From Deltaproteobacteria bacterium (GTDB taxonomy: Bacteria > Myxococcota_A > Polyangia > Polyangiales > Houyiibacteriaceae), in the NCBI GenBank assembly GCA_034670305.1, contig JAXMNT010000019.1:1-64000 (forward strand): a DNA stretch of 64,000 nucleotides. The letters are read 5' to 3'. Both the position numbers and the translations under genes were made by a program. Position 1 is the first letter of the stretch. The number at the start of each line of letters is the position of its first letter. The notes under the pieces are model-generated. The model had not been told where the DNA came from. It saw only the letters and a program-made list of their open reading frames with translations, and did no database searches. Shown in pieces: positions 10,048 to 18,743 of the stretch.

Positions 10048-10611
10048 ATGGACGTCGCAACCCACTCCCGCACGGCACAACCAGGCTCGAACCCACGCGG
10101 CTCCGCGGCGTGGATTCATCGGCAGGCGGAACGCCCGAAGCTCGCGGAGGTCGACTCGGCGCGGCTCTACTTCGACGACTTCCCGACGCCCATCGCGGCG
10201 AAGGTCACACAGCGGGACGCGCAGGGGTTGACCCTTCGGCAGGAGCTGCCGTTTCTGAAACTAGATGGGGGGCTGCGGGACGAGATCGGTCGTCGGGCGA
10301 CGCTCGCCAGCGTCTCGGTGAGTGTGCGCGATGGGGTGCCGAGCCTGGTCCTGGAGGTCCGTTTCGATCCCGACCGCTCGGACGACCCGACCCTCGATGT
10401 GGTCGCGCGGCTCTTCCCCAGCGACGAACGCAAGCGCCGCGATGAGACGGTGCCGTACCGACTCGGCAACCCGGACGTGTCCGTCGAGGTTCAAGTGCAG
10501 GGCGTATGCGCGCCCGCGACGCCAATCACACCGCTCTCCGTGCCGGTGATCAAGCGGCCCTGGTACCGGAACTTCTGGATGCGGCTGCGCAGCTACCTGG
10601 CGTCCGTCTAG
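10048..10611 (+). CDS. Hypothetical protein, possibly a degenerate PilZ-like beta-barrel
   Basis: Clean ORF between der and rlmN; LRQELPFLKL...VPSLVLEVRF pattern; the fold call is speculative. Confidence 0.55.
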   Translation: MDVATHSRTAQPGSNPRGSAAWIHRQAERPKLAEVDSARLYFDDFPTPIAAKVTQRDAQGLTLRQELPFLKLDGGLRDEIGRRATLASVSVSVRDGVPSLVLEVRFDPDRSDDPTLDVVARLFPSDERKRRDETVPYRLGNPDVSVEVQVQGVCAPATPITPLSVPVIKRPWYRNFWMRLRSYLASV

Positions 10612-10613
10612 CC

Positions 10614-10631
10614 GGTCGCGTTTCAGCGACC
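10614..10631. repeat. Palindromic element GGTCGC-GTTTCA-GCGACC between convergent genes
   Basis: 17/18 identical to positions 100-117. Confidence 0.55.
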
Positions 10632-10638
10632 CGCCTGC

Positions 10639-11754
10639 CTACTCGTTGGCCCGATCGGCCCGATCGGAGAGCACCCTGAGGCGGCGGCGCGCTCGCATCT
10701 CTTGGTTGCCGAGCTGACCGCACGCCGCCATCACGCTGCGGCCCTTGGTCATCCGGCGGCGGACCGGGAGTTGTTCTTCCTGCACCCACCGAATGAACTG
10801 GTCGACCTCGTCGTCCGATGGCGCGCGCGTCAACGGATCCGTGCCCGGGTTGTACGGAATGATGTTCACGAGCACCCGCTCGATCGGTCGGCACCACGCG
10901 GCCAGGCGCGCCACGTCTTCACGCGTGTCGTTCAGCCCAGGCATCAGACAGTAGTTCACGCCGAGCACGAAGTTCCGTCGCGGCTTGTACGCGATGAGCG
11001 CCGCCTGCAACTCCGCGAGCGGTGTCTTCCGATTGACCGGCATGATGCGGTCGCGCGCCTCGTCGGTCGTCGCGTTGAGGCTGACGCTGAGGTTGACCCG
11101 CCGGAACCCCTCGCCTTGAAAGCGGCGGATGCCATCGACGCGGCCGACGGTGCAGACCGTCATGCGCTCCTGACCCATCGCACACCCAGAGGGGTCGTTC
11201 AGGACGCGGATCGCTTGCACGAGTGCGTCGTAGTTGTCGAGTGCCTCGCCCATGCCCATGAACACCACGTTCCGCACCGGCCACCCGAGGACGAACCGAG
11301 CGGCCAGCACTTGGCCAACGATCTCGTCGGCGCGAAGGTGGCGGACCAGTCCGAGCTTGGCGGTCTCGCAGAACGTGCAGCCCATCTTGCAACCGACCTG
11401 GCTCGAGACACAGAGCGTGCGACCGCGGGCCATCGGGATGGAGACGCACTCGATCTCGTAGTCGTCGTCGGTCGCCAGGATCGCTTTGGCGGTGGTGCCG
11501 AGCGGCCCCTCCTCCTGTTCCGCCCGAACCAGCCGTGGAAGGCGGAACTCCGCCGCCTTCCCCCACGCCGCGATCGCTTCGGCACCGAGCTTTGTGTCGG
11601 TCGGGTCGAACCGGCCTTCCTGCACGACCTGCCGGTAGAGCGTCGCGGATTCGCCGTGGCCGCGCGGCACGCGTATCCGTGCTTCTGCCCGCAGCTGGGC
11701 GAGTGTGAGTCCGGCGATGCGGAGCGGTTCAGAGGGTTCGAGGGGTTCGCCCAC
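10639..11754 (-). CDS. rlmN: RlmN/Cfr-family radical SAM RNA methyltransferase
   Basis: TLCVSSQVGCKMGCTFC (CxxxCxxC), NVVFMGMGE, SLNA, VNIIPYN, AACGQL; GTG start approximate. Confidence 0.88.
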   Translation of the reverse strand: MGEPLEPSEPLRIAGLTLAQLRAEARIRVPRGHGESATLYRQVVQEGRFDPTDTKLGAEAIAAWGKAAEFRLPRLVRAEQEEGPLGTTAKAILATDDDYEIECVSIPMARGRTLCVSSQVGCKMGCTFCETAKLGLVRHLRADEIVGQVLAARFVLGWPVRNVVFMGMGEALDNYDALVQAIRVLNDPSGCAMGQERMTVCTVGRVDGIRRFQGEGFRRVNLSVSLNATTDEARDRIMPVNRKTPLAELQAALIAYKPRRNFVLGVNYCLMPGLNDTREDVARLAAWCRPIERVLVNIIPYNPGTDPLTRAPSDDEVDQFIRWVQEEQLPVRRRMTKGRSVMAACGQLGNQEMRARRRLRVLSDRADRANE

Positions 11755-11803
11755 CCAGCCAGTGTGACCGAGGTGCGGCCAGGCACCACCCGCGCGCTCT
11801 GCC

Positions 11804-12535
11804 TCAGTAAGACAACGCCTCGGAGAAGGTGCTGACCGCGCCATCCGCGGTCACCCACTGCAGGCCCGCATCGCCGCTCTCCGGAGGTTCGTGAAGATCG
11901 TCGGGCCACTGACGGCAACGGCGTCTCCACCCGAAGAGCGTCACATCGACTTCACCGGTGACCGTGTGGGCCCGCGAGACGACACCGCGGTTGACCCGCG
12001 TGATGCCAGCCACGATGCCGTCGGGCGCGGGCGCGTCGAGCTGCGCGTGGAGGGTGTTCGCGGGAGAGCGACCCCGGCGGGTGACGCGCAGGTTCACCTG
12101 CATCAGGGTGGGCCGCGGCGGACGGGCGCGCCGGTTGGTGCCGAAGGTGATCGTGGTGGGCAAGGTCGAGCCCCCGTTGACCAGGGTCCACTGCCCCGCC
12201 CCCGGCGGACTCAGGGGTTTGTAGCGGCCGAGGTCCGGCGCCATCGAGACGAAGCGGAGTCGGATGGGCGCCGCGCCTTCCTGTTCGAGTCGCATGTCGG
12301 TAGGAAAGCCGCGGTTGCGGGGATCGCCCGAGCTCACGAGCGCGACCACCAGTTCGCCGTCTCGCGCGTAGACATGGCCGTCGGGCATCAGGAGCCGCGG
12401 CGCCAGCCCCTGCTGACGGCAGCGGGCTTCGGCAGACGGCGTCGACGATCCAAGCAAGACGAGGCCGGCGACGAGGAACAGACCGGTACGGGGCAAGCGG
12501 GCGGAGGCGCGGACAGACAGCATCCCGGGGAGCAT
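11804..12535 (-). CDS. Hypothetical exported protein
   Basis: Signal peptide ending AEA-R; no recognised domain. Confidence 0.55.
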   Translation of the reverse strand: MLPGMLSVRASARLPRTGLFLVAGLVLLGSSTPSAEARCRQQGLAPRLLMPDGHVYARDGELVVALVSSGDPRNRGFPTDMRLEQEGAAPIRLRFVSMAPDLGRYKPLSPPGAGQWTLVNGGSTLPTTITFGTNRRARPPRPTLMQVNLRVTRRGRSPANTLHAQLDAPAPDGIVAGITRVNRGVVSRAHTVTGEVDVTLFGWRRRCRQWPDDLHEPPESGDAGLQWVTADGAVSTFSEALSY

Positions 12536-12683
12536 AGTTCTCAGACGCGGCGGGCGGGCCTGGATTCACGTGCGCGGGTGGAGGGTCGAGGGCGCTGTAA
12601 GCGCCGAAGACCGTCAAAGTGCGCAGCACTTTGCGCGAAGCGAAGTTGGGGAGGAGGCCGGAGGGCTCTGCCCCGCAGGCCGG

Positions 12684-12705
12684 AGGGGGATGCGCCCATC
12701 CCCCT
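12684..12705. other. Perfect 9-bp GC-rich hairpin within a structured intergenic element
   Basis: AGGGGGATG-CGCC-CATCCCCCT, preceded by the direct repeat AGGCCGGAGGG (12655, 12677). Confidence 0.5.
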
Positions 12706-12871
12706 GACAACAAACGGCCCGCATTCAACGCAACCAGAACGGCGGGGCGACCTCGCAGATCCACAGCAGCAGTTCGAGCGCTTGCACGAACTGCGTGGCG
12801 TGGGGGCCTTCGAGGCGACGACTTCGAGCGCGATCTGCAGCCGGTTCATCTCCCGCACCACAGACCGCAGC

Positions 12872-13300
12872 CTACACCAGGAACCGAGCGTGGGCGGCGG
12901 CGATGGGACGCGCGATGTCGTCCTGCCAGGCCCACGCATGCACGTTCGCCACGCGGCGCCCAGCCCGCACGACTTCCGCGCGCGCGAAGGTCTCCACCGC
13001 TTTGCCGCTGCGCAGGTACTCGACCGTGATGCCAACGACGCGAGGGATGCGCTCGACCGAGTGGGTCCACATGAGCTCGAACGCCGCAGCGGACTCGAGC
13101 AGCGCGCCGAGCGTGCCGCCGTGCAACGCGCGGATCGCGAAGTTGCCGATGAGCGGCTCCGAGAACGCCATCGTGGCCAGCAGGGTTCCGTCGTTCACGG
13201 AGACGCCGATGCCCATGGCCGCCATCAGCGGAACCTTGGCGGCCACTTCGGCGAAGTCGCCGGCTTCACGCGCCCGCGCGATGTCTTCGGTGAGCGTCAC
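12872..13300 (-). CDS. PaaI-family (hotdog fold) thioesterase
   Basis: IGN...LHGGTLGALLE, ITVEYLR, AEVVRAGRRVA; GTGA overlap with the upstream gene. Confidence 0.85.
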   Translation of the reverse strand: MTLTEDIARAREAGDFAEVAAKVPLMAAMGIGVSVNDGTLLATMAFSEPLIGNFAIRALHGGTLGALLESAAAFELMWTHSVERIPRVVGITVEYLRSGKAVETFARAEVVRAGRRVANVHAWAWQDDIARPIAAAHARFLV

Positions 13301-13782
13301 GCGTCGCCCGGCTTCGTGATTCCGTCGGCGAGCACCGACGTCGACGTTCCGTCGAACACCATGAAGGTGCCGACCACCCGGGCGATCGAATCCTCCTGGG
13401 TGTCGTGGAACGCCCAGCCTTCGGTGAACGCCACCTGCTTGGTCACCTTGTGACAGCGGCACCGGCAGAACACGTCGCGGCCGGGTTCGCTCGGACGCAG
13501 GTAGTCCACCCGCAGATCGAGGGTCGCGATGCGCCGCGGGGTGTGCAGCGCGAGAAAGACGGACGCGCCGCACGCCGCATCCATCGCCGCGGTGATCACG
13601 CCTCCATGAAGCACGCCCGTCGTCGGGTCCCCGACCAACTTCGGATCGTGGGGCAGCCGCAACGTCACCTCACCGTCGCCAAAGTCCACGGTCTCGAGGC
13701 CGAGCCACGCGTTGAACGGAATCGCTTTCGCGAAACTGCGGTCGAGACGGGCCAGGCGCTCGGCGTGGTCGGCGGGACTCAT
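13297..13782 (-). CDS. PaaI-family (hotdog fold) thioesterase
   Basis: LVGDPTTGVLHGGVITAAMD, ATLDLRVDYLRP. Confidence 0.88.
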   Translation of the reverse strand: MSPADHAERLARLDRSFAKAIPFNAWLGLETVDFGDGEVTLRLPHDPKLVGDPTTGVLHGGVITAAMDAACGASVFLALHTPRRIATLDLRVDYLRPSEPGRDVFCRCRCHKVTKQVAFTEGWAFHDTQEDSIARVVGTFMVFDGTSTSVLADGITKPGDA

Positions 13783-13786
13783 GGCG

Positions 13787-14557
13787 TCATTGGGTGCGCT
13801 GGATGACGTGGTAGCCGAACGGCGACTCGACCGGGTCGCTGATCGCGCCGACCTCGAGCGAGAACGCGGCGCGTTCGAACGACGGCACCATCTGACCGCG
13901 GCCGAACACCCCGAGGTCACCGCCTTCGGGGCCGTTGGTCTCATCGGAATGCTCGGCGTGAAGACGTGCCCAGGGCGCGCCACCCTGCGCGTCGAGCGAG
14001 ATGCGGGTCGCCAGGGTGAGCGCCTCCGCTTGGGTGCGCTGGATCGCGTCGGTTGCGCTCCGTGCACCCATGTACGAGACGAGGATGTGTCGGGCACCGA
14101 TCTCGGCGGGGCGCACATCGGGGTCGGGGCGACGCTCGAGAATCGTGTAGCCGCGCGGCGTGCGGATCGCCTGACTCGCACGGCCCACCGGGAGTTCGAA
14201 CGCGGCGCGAAGCAGTCGAGGATCCACATCGGGATCGCCGCGCTCCATGCGACGGGTCTCGGCTTCTCGGTCTCCGTAGGTGCGCGCCAACTCCATGAAG
14301 TTGGCGTCGTTTTGCCGCGCCAGCCCGGCGACGGTCTCTGCGCGCTGTCGCGCGTTGTCCTCGGACCGTTGGATCAAAGCACCCGCACCTTCGGCCCCTT
14401 CCCACGCGATGACCATGAGCCGCACCTCGATGACCTCGACACTGGTGGATGGCTCGGCGTCGATCGGCGGCGCGAGGGCCGCCGCGGGTGCCGGCGTCTG
14501 GGTACCCCCGCACGCGCAGAGCGTGCAGAGAAGGAGGAGCAGTGGAAGCGCGCGCAC
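13787..14557 (-). CDS. Parvulin/PpiC-type peptidylprolyl isomerase lipoprotein (two rotamase domains, the first degenerate)
   Basis: Lipobox LCAC; ARHILVSY, GGDLGVFGRGQMVPSFERAAF, SPFGYHVI. Confidence 0.88.
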   Translation of the reverse strand: MRALPLLLLLCTLCACGGTQTPAPAAALAPPIDAEPSTSVEVIEVRLMVIAWEGAEGAGALIQRSEDNARQRAETVAGLARQNDANFMELARTYGDREAETRRMERGDPDVDPRLLRAAFELPVGRASQAIRTPRGYTILERRPDPDVRPAEIGARHILVSYMGARSATDAIQRTQAEALTLATRISLDAQGGAPWARLHAEHSDETNGPEGGDLGVFGRGQMVPSFERAAFSLEVGAISDPVESPFGYHVIQRTQ

Positions 14558-14673
14558 GACTCCCAGCTACGGCAAGCCGCAACCGGTTGCAAGCACGGCG
14601 GTGGGCGTCGGGCTGGTGCGCATCGTGGATGGACTGCTACATGGGGGCCATGCGTCTGCTCCCTGCGTCTCGG

Positions 14674-15147
14674 ATGTCCCGCCCTTGGAACGCGATCGCA
14701 CGCGCGACCGGACTTGGCCTCGTCGTCGCAATCTGCATTGGGGGCGCCAGCGCTGGCTGCGGCGGCGACGCAGAGGAGAACGAAGCACGGCTGCTCCTCG
14801 ACCGCCTCGAGGGCATGGACGAGATCGACCTCGGTTCCCGCAGCGATCGGGTCGCCGCACTGCTCCGCATGCCCTTCGGCTCCGAGCGGGTGCTCGCCGT
14901 GCGGGATCTCTGCGGCGGCATGCACGACGCCATGGCGACCGCCGAAGTCCGTGGCGCGGACGCCCGACGACTTCTGGAAGCGATGGAGGGCGCGCCGCCG
15001 GAAGAGCGCGGCGCCGATGCGGCGGCGGAAGTGGAGGCCGCGCTCCGCGAGTCCACCGAAGCGCTGGACCGGGTGCGGGACCTGCGCCCGCAGTGCGATG
15101 AAAAGCTGGCCGAGCTCCGCACGCGGTACGCCCCCCGCTCGAACTGA
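14674..15147 (+). CDS. Hypothetical alpha-helical lipoprotein
   Basis: Signal peptide with lipobox SAGC; two further Cys; start uncertain. Confidence 0.55.
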   Translation: MSRPWNAIARATGLGLVVAICIGGASAGCGGDAEENEARLLLDRLEGMDEIDLGSRSDRVAALLRMPFGSERVLAVRDLCGGMHDAMATAEVRGADARRLLEAMEGAPPEERGADAAAEVEAALRESTEALDRVRDLRPQCDEKLAELRTRYAPRSN

Positions 15148-15255
15148 ACCGCTGCCATCGAGAGTCTCTGGAGCCCTCGGCGGTCGCGGAGGCCGTCGCC
15201 CCGACGAAGAGAACCGACTCCGAGCACACCGACGCCGACTTGGGTTTTCTGCCGT

Positions 15256-15969
15256 CTACAGCGTGCGGGTCTCGAGGGCGCGTTGCAGCGCCCGGGCGTC
15301 GAAGCCGATGAGCATCGTTCCGCGGGCGTCGATGACGGGCACGCCGCTCGGCTGGATGCCGGCGGCCCGGGCCTTCCGCTGCATCTCGGCGAGCGCACCC
15401 GGGTCGCGTTCGACGTTCTTCTCTTCGAACGGGATGTTGTTCTGGCTCAGCCATTGGGCGGCGCTGCGGCACGCGCCGCACCATGAGGTGCCGTACACGA
15501 TGACGTCGGAGCCCGCGACGCTCGCGACCGTGGTCGCGGCTTCGGCTTCTTGGCCGTGTCCAGTCGCTTCGTCGACGAGCGCGTCGAAGGACTCGCGGGT
15601 GTAGCGGCGCACACCGAACTTGCCGTCGGAACCCGCGGTCCGCAGATCCGCGACGAAGACATGTTCCCCGTCCCGCTGTTCTGGCGGCAGCTGCAGCGAA
15701 TCCACCCGCACCCGGTCTCGGTGCGCTTCGGGAATCTCGTCCCGGTTCGCGGCCGAATGCGGCCCCTCGTCGTCGAACCAGGTCAACATCAGTCCCTCGA
15801 GCGAACCCGCGACCGCAAAGGGTGGGTCCACCGCCTCTCCGAGCGCCATGTGCGCCCCCGCGGCGGCAGCGGCCTCCGATTCCCCCGCGGGCGAGGCCTC
15901 GCCGTCGTCGCACCCGAAGGCGCTCGATGAGGCGAACAGAACAATGAAAGCGCAACGGCTGACGAACAT
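15256..15969 (-). CDS. Exported glutaredoxin-domain lipoprotein
   Basis: Lipobox AFGC; C-terminal VIVYGTSWCGAC...GVPVID...IGFD. Confidence 0.82.
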   Translation of the reverse strand: MFVSRCAFIVLFASSSAFGCDDGEASPAGESEAAAAAGAHMALGEAVDPPFAVAGSLEGLMLTWFDDEGPHSAANRDEIPEAHRDRVRVDSLQLPPEQRDGEHVFVADLRTAGSDGKFGVRRYTRESFDALVDEATGHGQEAEAATTVASVAGSDVIVYGTSWCGACRSAAQWLSQNNIPFEEKNVERDPGALAEMQRKARAAGIQPSGVPVIDARGTMLIGFDARALQRALETRTL

Positions 15970-16056
15970 CGCTCCCGTCATAGCAAACCCCAGCCCCCAC
16001 GGCATGTGCCGCCGAACCGGTGCGTCGAGTCGCCCGTTCGGGATCCCGGCGGAGGC

Positions 16057-16188
16057 GGCACCGGCTTCGGCGTCGGCTTCCGCGTCGGCATCGGCATCGG
16101 CTTCCGCATCGGCTTCCGCGTCGGCATCGGCGTCGGCAGCGGCATCGGCATCGGCCTCGGCTTCGGCCTCGGCTTCGGCGCCGGCGCC
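16057..16188. repeat. Intergenic hexamer tract (GGCTTC/GGCATC/GGCGTC)n
   Basis: About 20 phase-locked 6-bp units. Confidence 0.9.
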
Positions 16189-16210
16189 CTGAGTCGTCGC
16201 CCTGAGTCGA

Positions 16211-17074
16211 CTACTCGTACGCCTCCACCACGCGCTCGACCTGTCCCACGTAGCCCGCGCCGAACAGGTTCACGTGGACCAGGAGCGGGTAGAGCTGACA
16301 GATCGCCACCCGCCCCGCGCGCCCAGCCCTCGGCGGCGCGACTTCGTCGTACGCGTCGAAGACCCGCGCGCTGAATCCGCCGAAGAGTTTCATCATCGCG
16401 AGGTCCATCTCCCGGTGGCCACCGTAGACGGCCGGGTCGAACACCACCGGTTCGTCGTTCGCGGCGGTCATTCGGTTGCCACCCCACAGGTCTCCGTGCA
16501 GCCGTGCGGGCGGCTCCTCGTCCGAGAAGAGTGCGGGCAACCGGTCCAGCAACCGGTCGAGGCGCGCGCGCAACTTCGCGCCGAGCAACATGCCAGCCCG
16601 GTCGATCATCGGTTGGATTCGGTGGGTTCGATAGAACCCCGCCCAGCCTCCCACCTGGTCCGTCCGATGCAGATTCGGTTGGGGCAGCGTGGCGATGAAG
16701 TTGTCGTGATCGAGACCGAACCCGGGAGGCACGACAGCATGCAACGCCGCCAGGCCACGGCCCAAACGTTCGTCGGCGAGCGCGCTGCCCCGTTGCGGCT
16801 CGACCCACTCGAGCGCGAGCAACCGCTCAGTCGCCGCGAGCACCCTCGGCACCCGCAGCGCCGATGCATCGGCGAGCCACTTCAGCCCGCGTGCTTCGGC
16901 GTCGAACATACCCTCGCTCGGTCGCGGGTTGGTCTTCACGAAGACCTTCGTCCCGTCCGCCAGGGTGCAGCCGTACGCGTCGTGAATGTCGCCGCCCGAG
17001 ACCCGCGTCGCCCGCACCACCGGCGAGGGCAACGCCGCGTCGAGCTCCGCTTGGACTGCGCCCGGAAGACTCAG
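16211..17074 (-). CDS. Fructosamine/ketosamine-3-kinase family protein
   Basis: SGGDI, FVK, EARGL, FG...DNFIA..PQ.N, LHGDLWGGN, FDPAVYGGHREMDLAM, LVHVNLFG; start is either CTG 17074 or TTG 17116. Confidence 0.9.
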   Translation of the reverse strand: MSLPGAVQAELDAALPSPVVRATRVSGGDIHDAYGCTLADGTKVFVKTNPRPSEGMFDAEARGLKWLADASALRVPRVLAATERLLALEWVEPQRGSALADERLGRGLAALHAVVPPGFGLDHDNFIATLPQPNLHRTDQVGGWAGFYRTHRIQPMIDRAGMLLGAKLRARLDRLLDRLPALFSDEEPPARLHGDLWGGNRMTAANDEPVVFDPAVYGGHREMDLAMMKLFGGFSARVFDAYDEVAPPRAGRAGRVAICQLYPLLVHVNLFGAGYVGQVERVVEAYE

Positions 17075-17550
17075 AGTTCGTTCCGCGCGCGCAAGGTCTC
17101 GAGCAGTCCGCGGCAACCGGCTTCGCAGACGTCGAGCACTTCTTCGAAACCCGCGTCTCCGCCGTAGTAGGGGTCGGGCACCTCGGAGCCATCGGGGCTC
17201 TCGGGATCGAAGTCCCGCAGCAAGACGACGCGCGCGCGGGCTGCGTCGTTCGGTGCCATCGCTCGAAGCCGCTGCAGGTTGCTGCGGTCCATCGCCACGA
17301 TGTACTCGAAGCGCCCGAAGTCGGAGACGACGAACTGGCGAGACGCGCCTTCGAGGATCACGCCGCGCCGCTTCGCATGTTTCGTCGAGCGGCGGTCCGG
17401 CGACTCACCGACGTGGTGTGCGCTCGTGCCCGCGCTGTCGATCTCCACTTGGTCTTCGCAGCCGGCGTCGGCGAGCAACCCCCGCATGACGCCTTCGGCC
17501 GTCGGCGAGCGACAGATGTTGCCGAGGCAGACGAAACAGATGCGGACCAC
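17071..17550 (-). CDS. Low-molecular-weight protein-tyrosine phosphatase
   Basis: FVCLGNICRSP P-loop, DSAGT, VPDPYYGG. Confidence 0.93.
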   Translation of the reverse strand: MVRICFVCLGNICRSPTAEGVMRGLLADAGCEDQVEIDSAGTSAHHVGESPDRRSTKHAKRRGVILEGASRQFVVSDFGRFEYIVAMDRSNLQRLRAMAPNDAARARVVLLRDFDPESPDGSEVPDPYYGGDAGFEEVLDVCEAGCRGLLETLRARNEL

Positions 17551-17553
17551 CGG

Positions 17554-18456
17554 CTACCACCACTTGTCGAGCACGGCCGCGAGCTGGTCGTCCGTGCAAT
17601 GCACATCCACCACCTCGTCCCGCTCGAGCAACCAGTCCACGAGCCGGCCCGCCCGCTCGGTGCCACGACCACCCTCTTCGAGCACATCGACGAGGTCCGC
17701 GACCAACGTCTTCGCGCCGCCCTCTTCGAGCTCAAGCCACTCTTGTTTCACGAGACCCACCAGCAACTCCGCCGCGCTCTGACGCAACAGCGCGGTCTCG
17801 GGATCCACGTCCTCGTCGGGCTCGTCCTCGGGCTCGTCCAGCGGCTCATCGTCCATCGCATCCGGATCGACCGGTGCGAAGAACGCCGTGAAGCTGCCCG
17901 CGTCGCCACGCTTGCTGATCTCGGGTGCCGCGAACACCTCTGGGTCGAGGTATTGGCTCAAGAGTTCGATCGCTTTTCGATCCGGGACCCGGCTGTCGAC
18001 GCCTTCGGCGCGAAACCGAAATCGAACCCCATCGAAACGGACCGACGCGCTGATGTTGAGCGCCACGTCGGTGTCGTGCCCGTCGTCGAAGAAGACGTCA
18101 CAGATGCCTTCGAGTTCCACCCGCAGCGAGGTGCCCTCTTGCGCGACGATGCGGAGCTTCGACTGATAGATCTCGCCGTTCTGCACGACGAAGAGGTTGG
18201 CTTCCGGATCCGCCTCGCCCCGCCACGCACCCTCCTGCTCGATCTCGAAGCCGACCATCTGGCGCCAGTCCTCGCCATCGAAGTGCAGGTTGTCGATCGT
18301 GAGCTTGGGCGTGAAGTTCTCGGTGGCACCGCCGAGGACCGCAACCTCGGTGCGCTCGCACACGATCTCGAGCGACCAGACCCCGCGGGGTGTCAGCACG
18401 ATCTTCGAGCGTTGTTCGTCGATCTCAAAGGCCCAGTCGTCACCGATTCGGAGCAT
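17554..18456 (-). CDS. Hypothetical acidic two-domain protein
   Basis: Clean coding-like ORF ending 3 bp before the phosphatase start; beta-rich N-part, acidic linker, helical C-terminal domain. Confidence 0.65.
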   Translation of the reverse strand: MLRIGDDWAFEIDEQRSKIVLTPRGVWSLEIVCERTEVAVLGGATENFTPKLTIDNLHFDGEDWRQMVGFEIEQEGAWRGEADPEANLFVVQNGEIYQSKLRIVAQEGTSLRVELEGICDVFFDDGHDTDVALNISASVRFDGVRFRFRAEGVDSRVPDRKAIELLSQYLDPEVFAAPEISKRGDAGSFTAFFAPVDPDAMDDEPLDEPEDEPDEDVDPETALLRQSAAELLVGLVKQEWLELEEGGAKTLVADLVDVLEEGGRGTERAGRLVDWLLERDEVVDVHCTDDQLAAVLDKWW

Positions 18457-18547
18457 GCGCGGCGGATTAGCACGGACCAGCCCAGGCGCGAAGTGCTTTG
18501 CCCCACGCCGGGCCGCCGACCCGGGTTTCGCCGACGGCATGAGCACC

Positions 18548-18736
18548 GCATCGGCACCGGTATCGGCATCGGCAGGCGTCGGCGTCGGCGTCGGCATCGG
18601 CTTCGGCATCGGCTTCGGCGTCGGCTTCGGCTTCGGCGTCGGCTTCGGCATCGGCTTCGGCGTCGGCTTCGGCTTCGGCATCGGGTTCGGCGTCGGCTTC
18701 GGCTTCGGCTTCGGCGTCGGCTTCGGCTTCGGCTTC
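18548..18736. repeat. Intergenic hexamer tract (GGCTTC/GGCGTC/GGCATC)n
   Basis: About 30 6-bp units starting a few bp after the CPBP gene stop. Confidence 0.9.
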
Positions 18737-18743
18737 GCCGAGC

